Source: a bacterium (GTDB taxonomy: Bacteria; SAR324; NAC60-12). Taken from it: 64,000 bases of DNA. A program made the translations under genes and the position numbers. Position 1 is the stretch's first letter; every line of letters starts with the position of its first letter. Below, piece by piece: positions 39,016 through 48,429 of the stretch. The stretch spans positions 2,306,051-2,370,050 of the forward strand of contig OZ242383.1 of the NCBI GenBank assembly GCA_965209155.1. Reading direction: 5' to 3'. A model generated the notes under the pieces. The model did no database searches, had not been told where the DNA came from, and saw only the letters and a program-made list of their open reading frames with translations.

Positions 39016-40114
39016 CATAGTGTTTCAATTGATGAGAACGCAGTTCCGAATTTTTTTCCGGGAGCCTGGCGTTTTATTCTGGGTGTTCGGATTCCCCATT
39101 TTAATGGCCACCATCCTGGGGATAGCCTTTCAACAGAGCGATGATGGACAGGTGCGCATCGCCATGCTGCACGGAAACACCTCCCAGTTTGCGCCCTTTC
39201 AGAGTTGGATGGAAGGATTACCCGAGGTTCGACAAAAAAAATCAGAATATGGCACAGAGTGGCACATAAACATCGGCAAGGAACGTGTGGAGAGGGCTCG
39301 TTTTTCAATTTTATCGACTGATCGCGACGAAGCGTTGCGCTTGATCAAACGTGGAATCATTTCCCTTTTTCTCGAAGCCGATTCCAATGCCATCACCTTC
39401 CATTTTGATCCTCATAACAGCGAGGCACGACTGCATTACTTACTGATTAAAAATGCGCTGCAAGAAGGAGATCGACAAACGTGGGAAATCAAAACCTCGC
39501 CATTGAGTTCCGCAGGCAGTCGCTATATCGATTTTCTCATCCCGGGACTGATGGCTTTGGGAGTGATGAATTCCTGTATATGGGGAATCGGGTGGAGCTT
39601 GATTGAAATGAGGATGAAGAAGCTTTTGAGACGCCTGATTGCCACTCCCATGAAAAAATCGGCCTTGTTGATTTCCAGTTTTTTGAATCGATTTTTGCTG
39701 AGCTCATTTGAGCTTTTGGTGCTTTTCACTTTTGCTATGATCGCCTTTGATCTGGAAATTCAAGGGCAAATTTTCGATATCATTCTCTTGATTTTTTGTG
39801 GAAACGTTGCCTTTGCGGGAATTGCCATTTTGATGTCTTCTCGAACCGAAAGTACCATAGTGGGAAATGGCTTGATCAACGCGATCACCCTTCCTATGAT
39901 GGCATTATCCGGAATTTTTTTCAGCTACCATAATTTTCCTGAATGGAGCATCCCACTAGTCGAAGTGCTCCCACTGACGTTGCTCGCCGACACGATGAGG
40001 AGCATCATCATCGAAGGAACCAGTATCTTCGAAATGACAGTGCCTTTGATCAGCTTGGTTGTCATTGGATTGATCACTTCCGCGATTGGCTTGAAAATCT
40101 ATAAGTGGCATTAA
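39008..40114 (+). CDS. ABC-2-family transporter permease.
   Basis: 6 predicted TM segments. 8-bp overlap with the ATPase gene. Confidence 0.7.
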   Translation: MTNIVFQLMRTQFRIFFREPGVLFWVFGFPILMATILGIAFQQSDDGQVRIAMLHGNTSQFAPFQSWMEGLPEVRQKKSEYGTEWHINIGKERVERARFSILSTDRDEALRLIKRGIISLFLEADSNAITFHFDPHNSEARLHYLLIKNALQEGDRQTWEIKTSPLSSAGSRYIDFLIPGLMALGVMNSCIWGIGWSLIEMRMKKLLRRLIATPMKKSALLISSFLNRFLLSSFELLVLFTFAMIAFDLEIQGQIFDIILLIFCGNVAFAGIAILMSSRTESTIVGNGLINAITLPMMALSGIFFSYHNFPEWSIPLVEVLPLTLLADTMRSIIIEGTSIFEMTVPLISLVVIGLITSAIGLKIYKWH

Positions 40115-40256
40115 CAGAAAAAAATTGATCGGGTTGGATTGCTCGTTTCCTGACAGACGAATCATTGCAACAAATGAGAGAAAAGTTTAACCCCCCCAAC
40201 CTCTCGACGTGATGTAAATTCTAAAAACTGTTCTGACTATACTTGACAGGAAATTA

Positions 40257-40610
40257 ATGGAAGCGATCATTTATTACAATCCAAAATGCAGCAAAAGCAG
40301 AGAAGCATTACAAATCCTTAAAGAGAAAGGCATTGTCCCTCAAGTGGTTCATTATCTTGAAACTCCACCATCGGATAAGGAATTGTCGGTAATTGTCAAA
40401 AAGCTGCAAATTGAACCAAAAGAGCTGATTCGATTTAAAGAAAAGAAAGCCAAAGAACTCAATCTTTCTCCTCTTGACAATCGAACTGCAGAAGAATGGT
40501 TTTCCGTGATTACCAGCAATCCGATTCTTTTGGAAAGACCCATTGTTATCATCTCCGGAAAAGTTGCAATGGGGCGTCCTCCTGAAAAAATTTTAAAAAT
40601 CCTGAGTTGA
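40257..40610 (+). CDS. ArsC/Spx-family protein (YffB-like reductase).
   Basis: MEAIIYYNPKCSKSREALQIL (CxxS/C motif). About 117 aa. Confidence 0.7.
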   Translation: MEAIIYYNPKCSKSREALQILKEKGIVPQVVHYLETPPSDKELSVIVKKLQIEPKELIRFKEKKAKELNLSPLDNRTAEEWFSVITSNPILLERPIVIISGKVAMGRPPEKILKILS

Positions 40611-40619
40611 GTTCGGCAA

Positions 40620-40850
40620 CAGCCATGAAACATCGAATCAATCGAACCATCAAACTCCTTTCGCACCGTCAACCCATCTATCACGTGGGTGCCCACTCTG
40701 GGAGACATCGTAAAGCTCCGCTAAGATATGACTGGAAACAACAAATTCAAACTCTTTCACTTTGGCTTTTGACAACCAGGGTTAGGCGCGCTCATGTTTG
40801 AAATGATTTTCAACCAACGCCGCAACCAAAATGGAAGTATCAAATAAAGT
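40620..40850 (-). pseudogene. PIN-domain (VapC-like) toxin gene disrupted by frameshifts.
   Basis: Minus-strand frames give TLFDTSILVAALVENHFKHERA* and then, in another frame, ...AKVKEFEFVVSSHILAELYDV... It sits immediately downstream of the AbrB-type antitoxin. Confidence 0.45.
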
Positions 40851-40852
40851 TT

Positions 40853-41110
40853 TCACTCGATCCCTCCCAGCAAAGAATTTCGAACTTGACGGACTTCGTC
40901 AAGTCTCGATTCGATGTCCCCAATTGTTTTTCCTGTAAATACCAAAACCCCATTTTTCTCTTTAAGGTTTCCCTCACCTTCAACTGGTTTCAATAGGATG
41001 CCATCTTTCCCTTCTTCTATACGAACGGTGCTCCCGGGGCCAAGGTTTAACTCGTCTCTCAATTTTTTAGGAATAACGATGCGACCAAATCTATCTAAAG
41101 TAGCATCCAT
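40853..41110 (-). CDS. AbrB/MazE/SpoVT-family antitoxin-like DNA-binding protein.
   Basis: LDRFGRIVIPKKLRDELNLGPGSTVRIE swapped-hairpin motif. Confidence 0.65.
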   Translation of the reverse strand: MDATLDRFGRIVIPKKLRDELNLGPGSTVRIEEGKDGILLKPVEGEGNLKEKNGVLVFTGKTIGDIESRLDEVRQVRNSLLGGIE

Positions 41111-41547
41111 AAATCCTCCATTCAGAAATTTATTGCTAATATATCATGCCATTTGCCAATAATCAATTCTAATACGGAAGATCAAACAAGGCAAATCAGG
41201 TGAGATAATTTGATGCGCTTAACGACAAGTCCATCCGCTTGCGCACCCCTAGCATGGGTATGATCTTATCGGGTGATAGTCCCGTGTAAATCCGGGGACA
41301 GTTCCTTATTTTTTAGCTTTTTTATACCTTTCTGGTTTCTTGGCCCTCAATTCTCGTTTGGTCAGGGGGCTCTGCCTTTCTTAGAAATCGCTCATTTCCT
41401 ATGGGATGACCGGTCCTGATATGCTCTCGAAATCTTTCTAAATCATGAGACTCCTCCTTGAGATTCTTCTTACAACGGATCTTCACCCCTGATGATTAGG
41501 GGTGATTAAGATATAAATGACTGATTTTTAATAAAATGTTCGTTCTT

Positions 41548-43125
41548 TCATGAGTTTTTTCTAGTGACTACAGTCACTTCTCGATGAGGTAAAGCATTAG
41601 GGAGCCTTATGTTGAGGGCTTCCAATAGTTTCTGGGATTGTTCTCGGGGAGTTGGAATTTTGAGACAACTTCCCTGGCCTTTGACTTTCACTTCGATGGC
41701 ACCAAGAGTCGCCAGTTGTTTCAGTCCTTCTTCAGCGGTCAAATCAAAGCGTTTCCACGCTTGCTGTAAGCGGCGAAGCATCAGGTAAGCTAACATGACG
41801 ACCAAGACATGTCCGCGAGTACTTTTTTCCTTTCGGACAAAAACGGGTCGCACTTCCAGAAAGGAGGTTTTACAAGAGCGAAAGGCCTTTTCGACTTGAG
41901 CTAAATCCCGATAGCGATCATGAACCATCTTCTGGTCAGCCTTCTTCTTTGGCAGATCGGTTTTAATGACGTAGCATCCATCCAAGAGTACTTCTTCTTT
42001 CAGAGCCTCTTGATCCAGCACTAAACTCAAGGCTCTTCCTTGTTGTTGAATGTGCAGCCATTTATCAACTTTGAGCTGGTTGATCCTCCCTTCGACTGCT
42101 TTGAGGGCAGTGGCCGGTTTGGCTCTCGAATGCTCCTTGAGATAAAGATTTTTGCTGTGGAGCAATGCTTCCAGAGCGTGCTGCTTAGAGAGACGAGTCT
42201 CCTCCATTTCCCGAGCTCGGATCGGATTGCGCTTCAGGAGGTAACGGACCGCCTCCTCTTGCACTTCACAGAGTTGTTCATCAAAGAGTCCCGGGTGGAT
42301 CAGTCCTTTTTTGATCAGGGTGTGAATTTGGGGTTTGGTGATGGCGGTAATATAATAAAATCCTTTTGGTAGATCCGCAATCTGAGTGCTTTTAATCATT
42401 CCTCGGTCTCCGACAAAAGTGACTGTTTGGCAACCAAAGGCCTGGGCGACTTTCTTCACTTGAGAGGCCAAGGTTTGGGGATCTTGGGTATTTCCCTCGA
42501 AGACCTCCACAGAGACCGGGTCTCCTTGGCAGTCACACAGCAATCCCATCACGATTTGTTTTTTGCCTTTCTTGCCATGGCGATTATAGCCATATTGCTC
42601 AAAAAAGTTGTCTTCTCCTTCTAAATAACTGTTGGTCACATCGTAGAGAAAGAGGTCCACGGAGCGCTCTGCTTGCCTCTGGGAGAAAAGCGCCTGTTCG
42701 ATCCGGGCTTGATGATTGGCGAGCCATTGAAGATTCTCATAAAGATCATTTTCATCAAAACCGCGAGCGAACCCTAAGAGCGAACCCACCGCATGCGTTT
42801 TGGCCAAGCGCACAGCAGAGAGGAGAGGGCCTTGATCGATGAGGCTGGCCATTACCTGCCAGAGCGCTAACTTTCCGGAAAATGTTTTACCTAATGCTTT
42901 CTCCATTCCCAGAGTTTTGGCCATTTGATAAAGGGTCCATACCGCCCCAACTGAGCGTCCTTCTTTTAACTCGACTCCCTCTTTGATCGACTCCAGCGCA
43001 CCCAGATCACCCTTATTTTTCAGAGCCAGCTTGATGGCGGCAATTTCCTCAGCAGTGCAATGGGAAAGATTGGCAATGCTCCGCTTTTTGACCTTACCAT
43101 TTTCTCGGTAGGATTCCCGAAGCAA
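41548..43125 (-). CDS. IS1634-family (IS4 superfamily) DDE transposase. The annotated start is TTG; the open frame continues ~30 codons upstream without an ATG.
   Basis: LRESYRENGKV N-terminal signature. YDVTNSYLEG (DDE D1). GDRGM (D2). Element ends approximately 41563 to 43250 (AGTGACTACA-type termini). Confidence 0.8.
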   Translation of the reverse strand: MLRESYRENGKVKKRSIANLSHCTAEEIAAIKLALKNKGDLGALESIKEGVELKEGRSVGAVWTLYQMAKTLGMEKALGKTFSGKLALWQVMASLIDQGPLLSAVRLAKTHAVGSLLGFARGFDENDLYENLQWLANHQARIEQALFSQRQAERSVDLFLYDVTNSYLEGEDNFFEQYGYNRHGKKGKKQIVMGLLCDCQGDPVSVEVFEGNTQDPQTLASQVKKVAQAFGCQTVTFVGDRGMIKSTQIADLPKGFYYITAITKPQIHTLIKKGLIHPGLFDEQLCEVQEEAVRYLLKRNPIRAREMEETRLSKQHALEALLHSKNLYLKEHSRAKPATALKAVEGRINQLKVDKWLHIQQQGRALSLVLDQEALKEEVLLDGCYVIKTDLPKKKADQKMVHDRYRDLAQVEKAFRSCKTSFLEVRPVFVRKEKSTRGHVLVVMLAYLMLRRLQQAWKRFDLTAEEGLKQLATLGAIEVKVKGQGSCLKIPTPREQSQKLLEALNIRLPNALPHREVTVVTRKNS

Positions 43126-43297
43126 AACGGAGTGGTAAATTTTTTTCCCAACTTTGGATATATTTTCTACAACATGTATGTCAACAATATAAACTGGATA
43201 TCCAGTTTTGTCAAGGTATTAATTATAAAAATTATTTAATTTTAGTGACTACAAGTTTGATGCTAAAATAAGGTTCTAGCCCAGCATACTAAAGGCT

Positions 43298-43470
43298 TTG
43301 ATCAGAATACACCGGGGTGAAGATCCGCCGGAAGTTTTGGTAGCTCTGGTGGGGGGCAAGTCCCCTGAACAAGTGGCAGCCAATACCCGGTTTGTCAATG
43401 ATCTCTCTGAGCAAGATCTTGCGGAGATTGAAGCCATCCTCGAGGACGCACCTGAAATCAGTTGGGGGAT
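43298..43470 (+). pseudogene. C-terminal fragment of an aldo/keto reductase next to the IS1634 end.
   Basis: ...ALVGGKSPEQVAANTRFVNDLSEQDLAEIEAILEDAP is a typical AKR C-terminus with no upstream body. Confidence 0.5.
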
Positions 43471-43660
43471 CACCAACGGGGGATCGGACACATCGCTGAA
43501 CAATGACGCTCGAGCAAAAGTTGGACTCCCCCCCTCCCCTCTGAGTGGTATGAAGAGATGATCAACTTTTGAACTTAGCCCTGAGGCTTTCCCCCTATGT
43601 GGATAACAGGAAATTGTTCTGGGAACAGGGACTGCCTCATAAAATTCTTTGATGAAACCT

Positions 43661-44686
43661 TCAGTTATTCAAAGCCATTGGATAATCAAAGTAGGTAGGG
43701 CAGTTTTCTTCTTTGAAAATGGTATCAATCTCATTGAGATCGCTTTCGGTTAATTTCCATTCGGTTGCCTCAACATTCTGTTGGAGTTCCTGTTCGTTGC
43801 GCATCCCCACCAGAGCCACGGAAACCACCTCATTTCGCAAGGCCCAGGCGATTGCCAACTGGGGAAGGGATTTTCCGTAACCTGCCGCCAATCCAGCCAG
43901 TCGTTTGCCCACTTTCAATTCTCTTAAAAAATTCTCCTTTTTGAAAAGTGGAAGCCAAAATGCGTCTCCTCCTTTCCACTTTCTCCAGTCATTGTCGGCG
44001 AACGTCGTCTGAGGTGTGAACGCTCCTGTGAGCAGCCCAAACCCCAATGTTCCATAACCCATGAAACCAATCTTCTTTTCTTGGCAATAAGGGAAAATAG
44101 ATTTTTCCATCCGTTGATCGAAGAGATGATAGCCCACCTGGTTGGCGACAATGTCTGTATAGTTTAAACCGTAATCCATCATCTCAGTATTGAAGTTGGA
44201 GACACCACAGTGGCGTATCTTCCCATCGACCTTCAGTTTTTCTAAAGCCCGCAAGGGCTCATCCAAGGCGGTATTGAAATCGGGCCAATGGATCAGCATC
44301 AGATCAATGACGTCGGTATTTAAACGGCGCAGGCAGCCTTCTGCTCTTTTGATAATATGGTGATATTCGGAAAGGCGTCCCAGCACCCCACCAAATTTTT
44401 CAGACGACTCATCTCTGCTTTCATCATAGGCAAATCCAACCTTGTCTACAATGATGACCTCCTTACGTTTGTTCCCAAGGGCTTTTCCTAAAAGAATCTC
44501 GGAGTGAAAAGGGCCGTAAATCTCTGCCGTGTCAAACAAGTTAATGCCATGGTCGATCGCCGAGTGAATAGCACGGGTCACTTCACTGACATCGATCTCG
44601 CCGTACATGCTGCCACTCATCTCCCAGGTTCCATACCCCACCGTGGAGCAGAGTAAATCTGATTTACCAATTTGTCGCTGTTTCAT
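43661..44686 (-). CDS. Aldo/keto reductase.
   Basis: LFDTAEIYGP ... IGVSNF ... LAIAWAL. Confidence 0.8.
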   Translation of the reverse strand: MKQRQIGKSDLLCSTVGYGTWEMSGSMYGEIDVSEVTRAIHSAIDHGINLFDTAEIYGPFHSEILLGKALGNKRKEVIIVDKVGFAYDESRDESSEKFGGVLGRLSEYHHIIKRAEGCLRRLNTDVIDLMLIHWPDFNTALDEPLRALEKLKVDGKIRHCGVSNFNTEMMDYGLNYTDIVANQVGYHLFDQRMEKSIFPYCQEKKIGFMGYGTLGFGLLTGAFTPQTTFADNDWRKWKGGDAFWLPLFKKENFLRELKVGKRLAGLAAGYGKSLPQLAIAWALRNEVVSVALVGMRNEQELQQNVEATEWKLTESDLNEIDTIFKEENCPTYFDYPMALNN

Positions 44687-45109
44687 TGTTTATTTGTAAC
44701 CTTTCTACCTCACTTTATTAAGTAAAATAACGTGAATTCTGGATAAGAGATTACCCTCCCAGGATGGGATTTATTCATGGCTCATGCTTATTTTAGCAGA
44801 CTTTTGCGCTTATCCAGAACTGACGTTAAAATATAATGGCAACATGCACGATACATGTTGGAACAGAGGAGTAAATATTAAAGACCAAATCCTTTGTCAA
44901 GCAGTTTTTAATTTTTTTTTTTGATTTTGATTGTTTTATTGTTGCCACTTGTCTCAAAAATGGTACTCCTCTTCTCAGTAGAGATCAATCCATTCATAGG
45001 GGCATATAGAGGTAATTGGGTGAAGCAAAGAAAAAGACACCGATTCCTTTGTGTCCAATTATAATTATTCAGATGCTCTGCCAGATGAATTTTAGACAGG
45101 GGGAAATCC

Positions 45110-45420
45110 ATGAAATTGTTACTGGATACACGCATCTTTTTTTGGCTAAACAGTCAGCCCCAAAAACTGCCTGGAAATATTCTTGCTACCTGTGTAAATA
45201 CGAACAATCAATTGGTTTTAAGCCATGTTTCCCCTTGGGAGATTCAGATCAAACAGCCATTAGGAAAAATGAATCTCGATTCGGAAACCTTACTCGGGGG
45301 CGATCCATTTCAATTGAGTAGAGGATAAGACTTTTAGGGAGAGCCTTTGTCTTGGCTTTGGCCAGGGAAGGCGTCAGTATGCCGATGGTGAAAATTGGAA
45401 GGAACGTTTTGTTGGCTGAG
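45110..45420 (+). pseudogene. PIN-domain toxin (VapC-like, DPFDR-type) with a frameshift.
   Basis: MKLLLDTRIFFWL...SPWEIQIKQPLGKMNL...GGDPFQLSRG*, then a PIN-like C-terminus in another frame (RLLGRAFVLALAREGVSMPMVKIGRNV). No antitoxin found upstream. Confidence 0.4.
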
Positions 45421-45424
45421 GTCT

Positions 45425-45898
45425 TTAGATTTCGATGGTGTTAGGGAAAGGGCACATATTTGAGTTTTTTATTTTTCCAGACTTGTCGTAAAATCGTACT
45501 TTCCCTTTTTCATCACAAATCCAGACTTCTGTAGCTCCTGAACTGAAATAGAGATTTCTTTTTTCATCCATTTCTTTGTCTGTATTGGTAGGGGAGAGGA
45601 TTTCAATACATAACTCGGGGGCCATCGAACTTTCGGGGGCATACTTTACTTGATTGAGTAATTCTTCCGAACACCAAACAACATCCGGCACTTTTGTTCC
45701 TTTCGCAGTACCAATAGCAAATTCTGGAATAACTTCCCCATGATCCATAAATTTGATCAACAATTTAATAATTTTTGCTTGATACAATGAATGTAACAGC
45801 CTCGCTGGACTCATAAGAATTTGCCCTCTTTCATTGAGTTCAATTTTGTATGGTAAATCGGTTAAATTAGGATCTGCACATACTTCTTGCCAATTCAT
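45425..45898 (-). CDS. Uma2-family (DUF820, PD-(D/E)XK) putative endonuclease.
   Basis: PELCIEILSPTNTDKEMDEKRNLYFSSGATEVWICD. Confidence 0.7.
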   Translation of the reverse strand: MNWQEVCADPNLTDLPYKIELNERGQILMSPARLLHSLYQAKIIKLLIKFMDHGEVIPEFAIGTAKGTKVPDVVWCSEELLNQVKYAPESSMAPELCIEILSPTNTDKEMDEKRNLYFSSGATEVWICDEKGKVRFYDKSGKIKNSNMCPFPNTIEI

Positions 45899-45984
45899 GA
45901 GACCTCTTTTTTAGATTTGTGAATTTTTCTTCCATTCTACCAGCTTTCTAATTTTTATTCAAAATTAGAAAATTTCGCTTGCTC

Positions 45985-46695
45985 TCATAATCTTTTACCC
46001 TTCAAGAGCTGACCCGAACCCCTCCCCCTTTCATTGGTGTAGAGATTCACCCCTCCACCCACCGGTGTGCCAGCAAAAATAGAGCCCAGCCCGAGAGAGT
46101 TCAACTCCCGGTCGTAGGATCCTTCCACCATGTCGAGGTCCCCGTCATCGTCTAGGTCGCCCCATGCCATCACAAAGGGAAATTGTCGGTTGATGAAATC
46201 TTGCTTGGCGACGCGCATGAAGTCAGGCTGACTGGGATTCCCGCCCGCACGCCAGAAAGAAGGGGGAGCACCGGAATGAGTAAATACCAAGTCGATCCGT
46301 CCATCGCCATCCACGTCCATGGCATTGACCACCCGCGAACCATCGGCATCCAGAAGTTCACCGCGAAATTTCAACCCACCCTGGTTCCACATAATATTCG
46401 ACGGCGCATGTTGCCCGGCCAAGATGATATCGATCAGGCCATCCTCGTTGAGGTCCGCCAAAGCCACTCCAGCCCCATGACCTTGATACAAGCCGATGCG
46501 CTTTTTGTCACTGCGGGTCACATGAGACAAACGATGGGGCACGAAGGAACCGGTGCACTGACGTGAATCAATTGACAGGGGTTGAGATTCCACCATGATG
46601 GAAACTGACGGAGCGCCAGGCGGCATAGTGGTACACCCTGACAGTACGATTGCCAAGCAGGATAGCGCTATAATTCGACAATAAAAAACAGACAC
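45985..46695 (-). CDS. FG-GAP/VCBS-repeat lipoprotein (short form).
   Basis: Lipobox LSGCTT. ADLNEDGLIDIILAG, DVDGDGRIDLVF, GDLDDDGDLDMV. Confidence 0.55.
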   Translation of the reverse strand: MSVFYCRIIALSCLAIVLSGCTTMPPGAPSVSIMVESQPLSIDSRQCTGSFVPHRLSHVTRSDKKRIGLYQGHGAGVALADLNEDGLIDIILAGQHAPSNIMWNQGGLKFRGELLDADGSRVVNAMDVDGDGRIDLVFTHSGAPPSFWRAGGNPSQPDFMRVAKQDFINRQFPFVMAWGDLDDDGDLDMVEGSYDRELNSLGLGSIFAGTPVGGGVNLYTNERGRGSGQLLKGKRL

Positions 46696-46862
46696 GAAAT
46701 ACGATATGCTTCGAGATTCAATATCTTCGTATTTTCCAAAATACTGTCAAGCAAGCATTAATCAAATCAGGATGGACCATTACTCATGATCCTTATACCA
46801 TAACTTTTGGACAAAAAAGTGTCTTTGTTGACCTTGGAGCTGAAAGGCTCCTGTTGCGCACT

Positions 46863-46961
46863 CAGGGTCTGTAATAAAATAACTTCATTCACTCATTCCC
46901 TCTTTGACAAAAGGGGCGTAGTGGAATTTTCAAAAAATTAGAGAAGTTATTTTGACAGACC
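46863..46961. repeat. Inverted repeat AGGGTCTGTAATAAAATAACTTC / GAAGTTATTTTGACAGACCCT (~21 bp arms, ~55-bp spacer).
   Basis: Direct reading. Confidence 0.5.
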
Positions 46962-46962
46962 C

Positions 46963-47385
46963 TTACCAGTTGAAAGGATTGATCACACGGCCCAGCAAAC
47001 CCCGTTTGCGTTTCTCCTGTACGACGCCAAAACTGCCCTGGCCGCCGCGCAGGCGGGGATCGAGCAGATCACGCATGGCATCGCCGAAGATGTTGAGACA
47101 GTAGACGACCACCGTCAGGCAGATCCCGGGCCACATGGCCAGGCGTGGGGCCATCTCCATGAACTGGCGCCCTTCGCGGCTGAGCATGCCGCCCCAGTTG
47201 GGTACCGTGGTCGGCAGGCCAAAGCCGAGAAAGCTCAGCGAGGCCTCGGCGATGATCACCCCGCCGATGGTGATGGAGAAGACGACGATGACCGGTGCGG
47301 TGATGTTCGGCCAGACGTGGCGCAACAGGATATGCCAAGGCGTGCTGCCGGTGGCGTGGGCGGCCTCAAAGTAAGGGATTCCCTG
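46963..47385 (-). pseudogene. C-terminal ~140-aa fragment of a DppC/OppC-type ABC permease (GC-rich).
   Basis: ...GIPYFEAAHATGSTPWHILLRHVWPNITAPVIVVFSITIGGVIIAEASLSFLGFGLPTTVPNWGGML...NIFGDAMRDLLDPRLR. No N-terminal half. The annotated M is a TTG. Confidence 0.6.
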
Positions 47386-47453
47386 ACATTGAGTTAGAGA
47401 TTTAGTGGGGATATTCCGAGGATTGACAAAAAAAATTAATTGATTTTGAGGCG

Positions 47454-48416
47454 TTATACAGTGGTCGCTCCATACCGTTTCCCCACGGTTTCTTTCCGCA
47501 GGATAGCCAATTCCGCAGCCAGTGCTTCCCTGCCAGCCTGAGCTTCCGGGTCAGAGGGGTAGTAAGCGAGTGCTGTGGCAACGTCACCGGCGACTCGTGT
47601 TGCGATCATAACGCGGGCTTTGCGATAGTCGTAGGGTCTGGCACGATGAAAGAGTGCCCGGTTATCCCAAAGTAGCGTGTCTCCCACTCGCCATTTGTGA
47701 GTATAAACTCGGCTTGGATCCGAAACGGCGAAGTTCAGCAGGGATTGCAACAGCTCCCGACTTGCCGTTCGAGTCAGGCCAGGTATGCCAAAAGCATGTC
47801 GGCCGAAAAACAGGTTCTTGACGCCGGTTTCCGGATGGGTTTTGACCAAGGGCCGCAGGTAAGCTTGGCCGTGATAGATTCCGTCCTCTTCTTGTGGCGG
47901 GAAGTCGCCCACGTCATTTGCCTGAGAATATTGGGTGGAGTGGTAGGCGTTCAGGTCTCGGATGCGCACTTTGGTGGCCTCATCAAGGGCAGCATAACAC
48001 GCGCGCATGTCGACCAGTTCGGTTTCACCTCCTTCCTCCGTCACAGCCACTGCGGACAGGATAGCGCACTTGCTGCTCACCGGTTTGTAGGTCGAATCCG
48101 TGTGCCAGAACTCGTTGCCCACATTGGTTCTCATGCGCTGCGAATTCAAATCGAGAATTTCGCCATAGACCCCATCTTCATGTTTTTGCTGATTAGCAAA
48201 GGCATTTGCGCCAAACTCCAACTCGCCAAACCTTTCTCCGAAATGAATGCTTGCTTCGTCCGTTAAAAACTGGTCAGGAAACACCAGGAAACCAAACTTC
48301 AGGAAAGCAGTCTTTATCTCCGAAAATTCAGCCTGACTGAGGTGGTTCAGTTTAACATTCGTGACCACGGCTCCAAATATTTTGTTAGCGATGGGAGAAA
48401 TTGATATTTGTCTCAT
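47454..48416 (-). CDS. TauD/TfdA-family Fe(II)/2-oxoglutarate dioxygenase.
   Basis: FWHTDSTY (His-x-Asp) and ...HRARPYD motifs. The likely start MRQISIS lies 12 bp from the IS66 junction. Confidence 0.7.
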   Translation of the reverse strand: MRQISISPIANKIFGAVVTNVKLNHLSQAEFSEIKTAFLKFGFLVFPDQFLTDEASIHFGERFGELEFGANAFANQQKHEDGVYGEILDLNSQRMRTNVGNEFWHTDSTYKPVSSKCAILSAVAVTEEGGETELVDMRACYAALDEATKVRIRDLNAYHSTQYSQANDVGDFPPQEEDGIYHGQAYLRPLVKTHPETGVKNLFFGRHAFGIPGLTRTASRELLQSLLNFAVSDPSRVYTHKWRVGDTLLWDNRALFHRARPYDYRKARVMIATRVAGDVATALAYYPSDPEAQAGREALAAELAILRKETVGKRYGATTV

Positions 48417-48429
48417 GGGACTCTGCATC

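Noticed and set aside
47069-47338. 89-aa alternative-frame ORF in the GC-rich segment.
   Set aside because: Alternate frame of the dppC fragment. The permease frame has clear homology.
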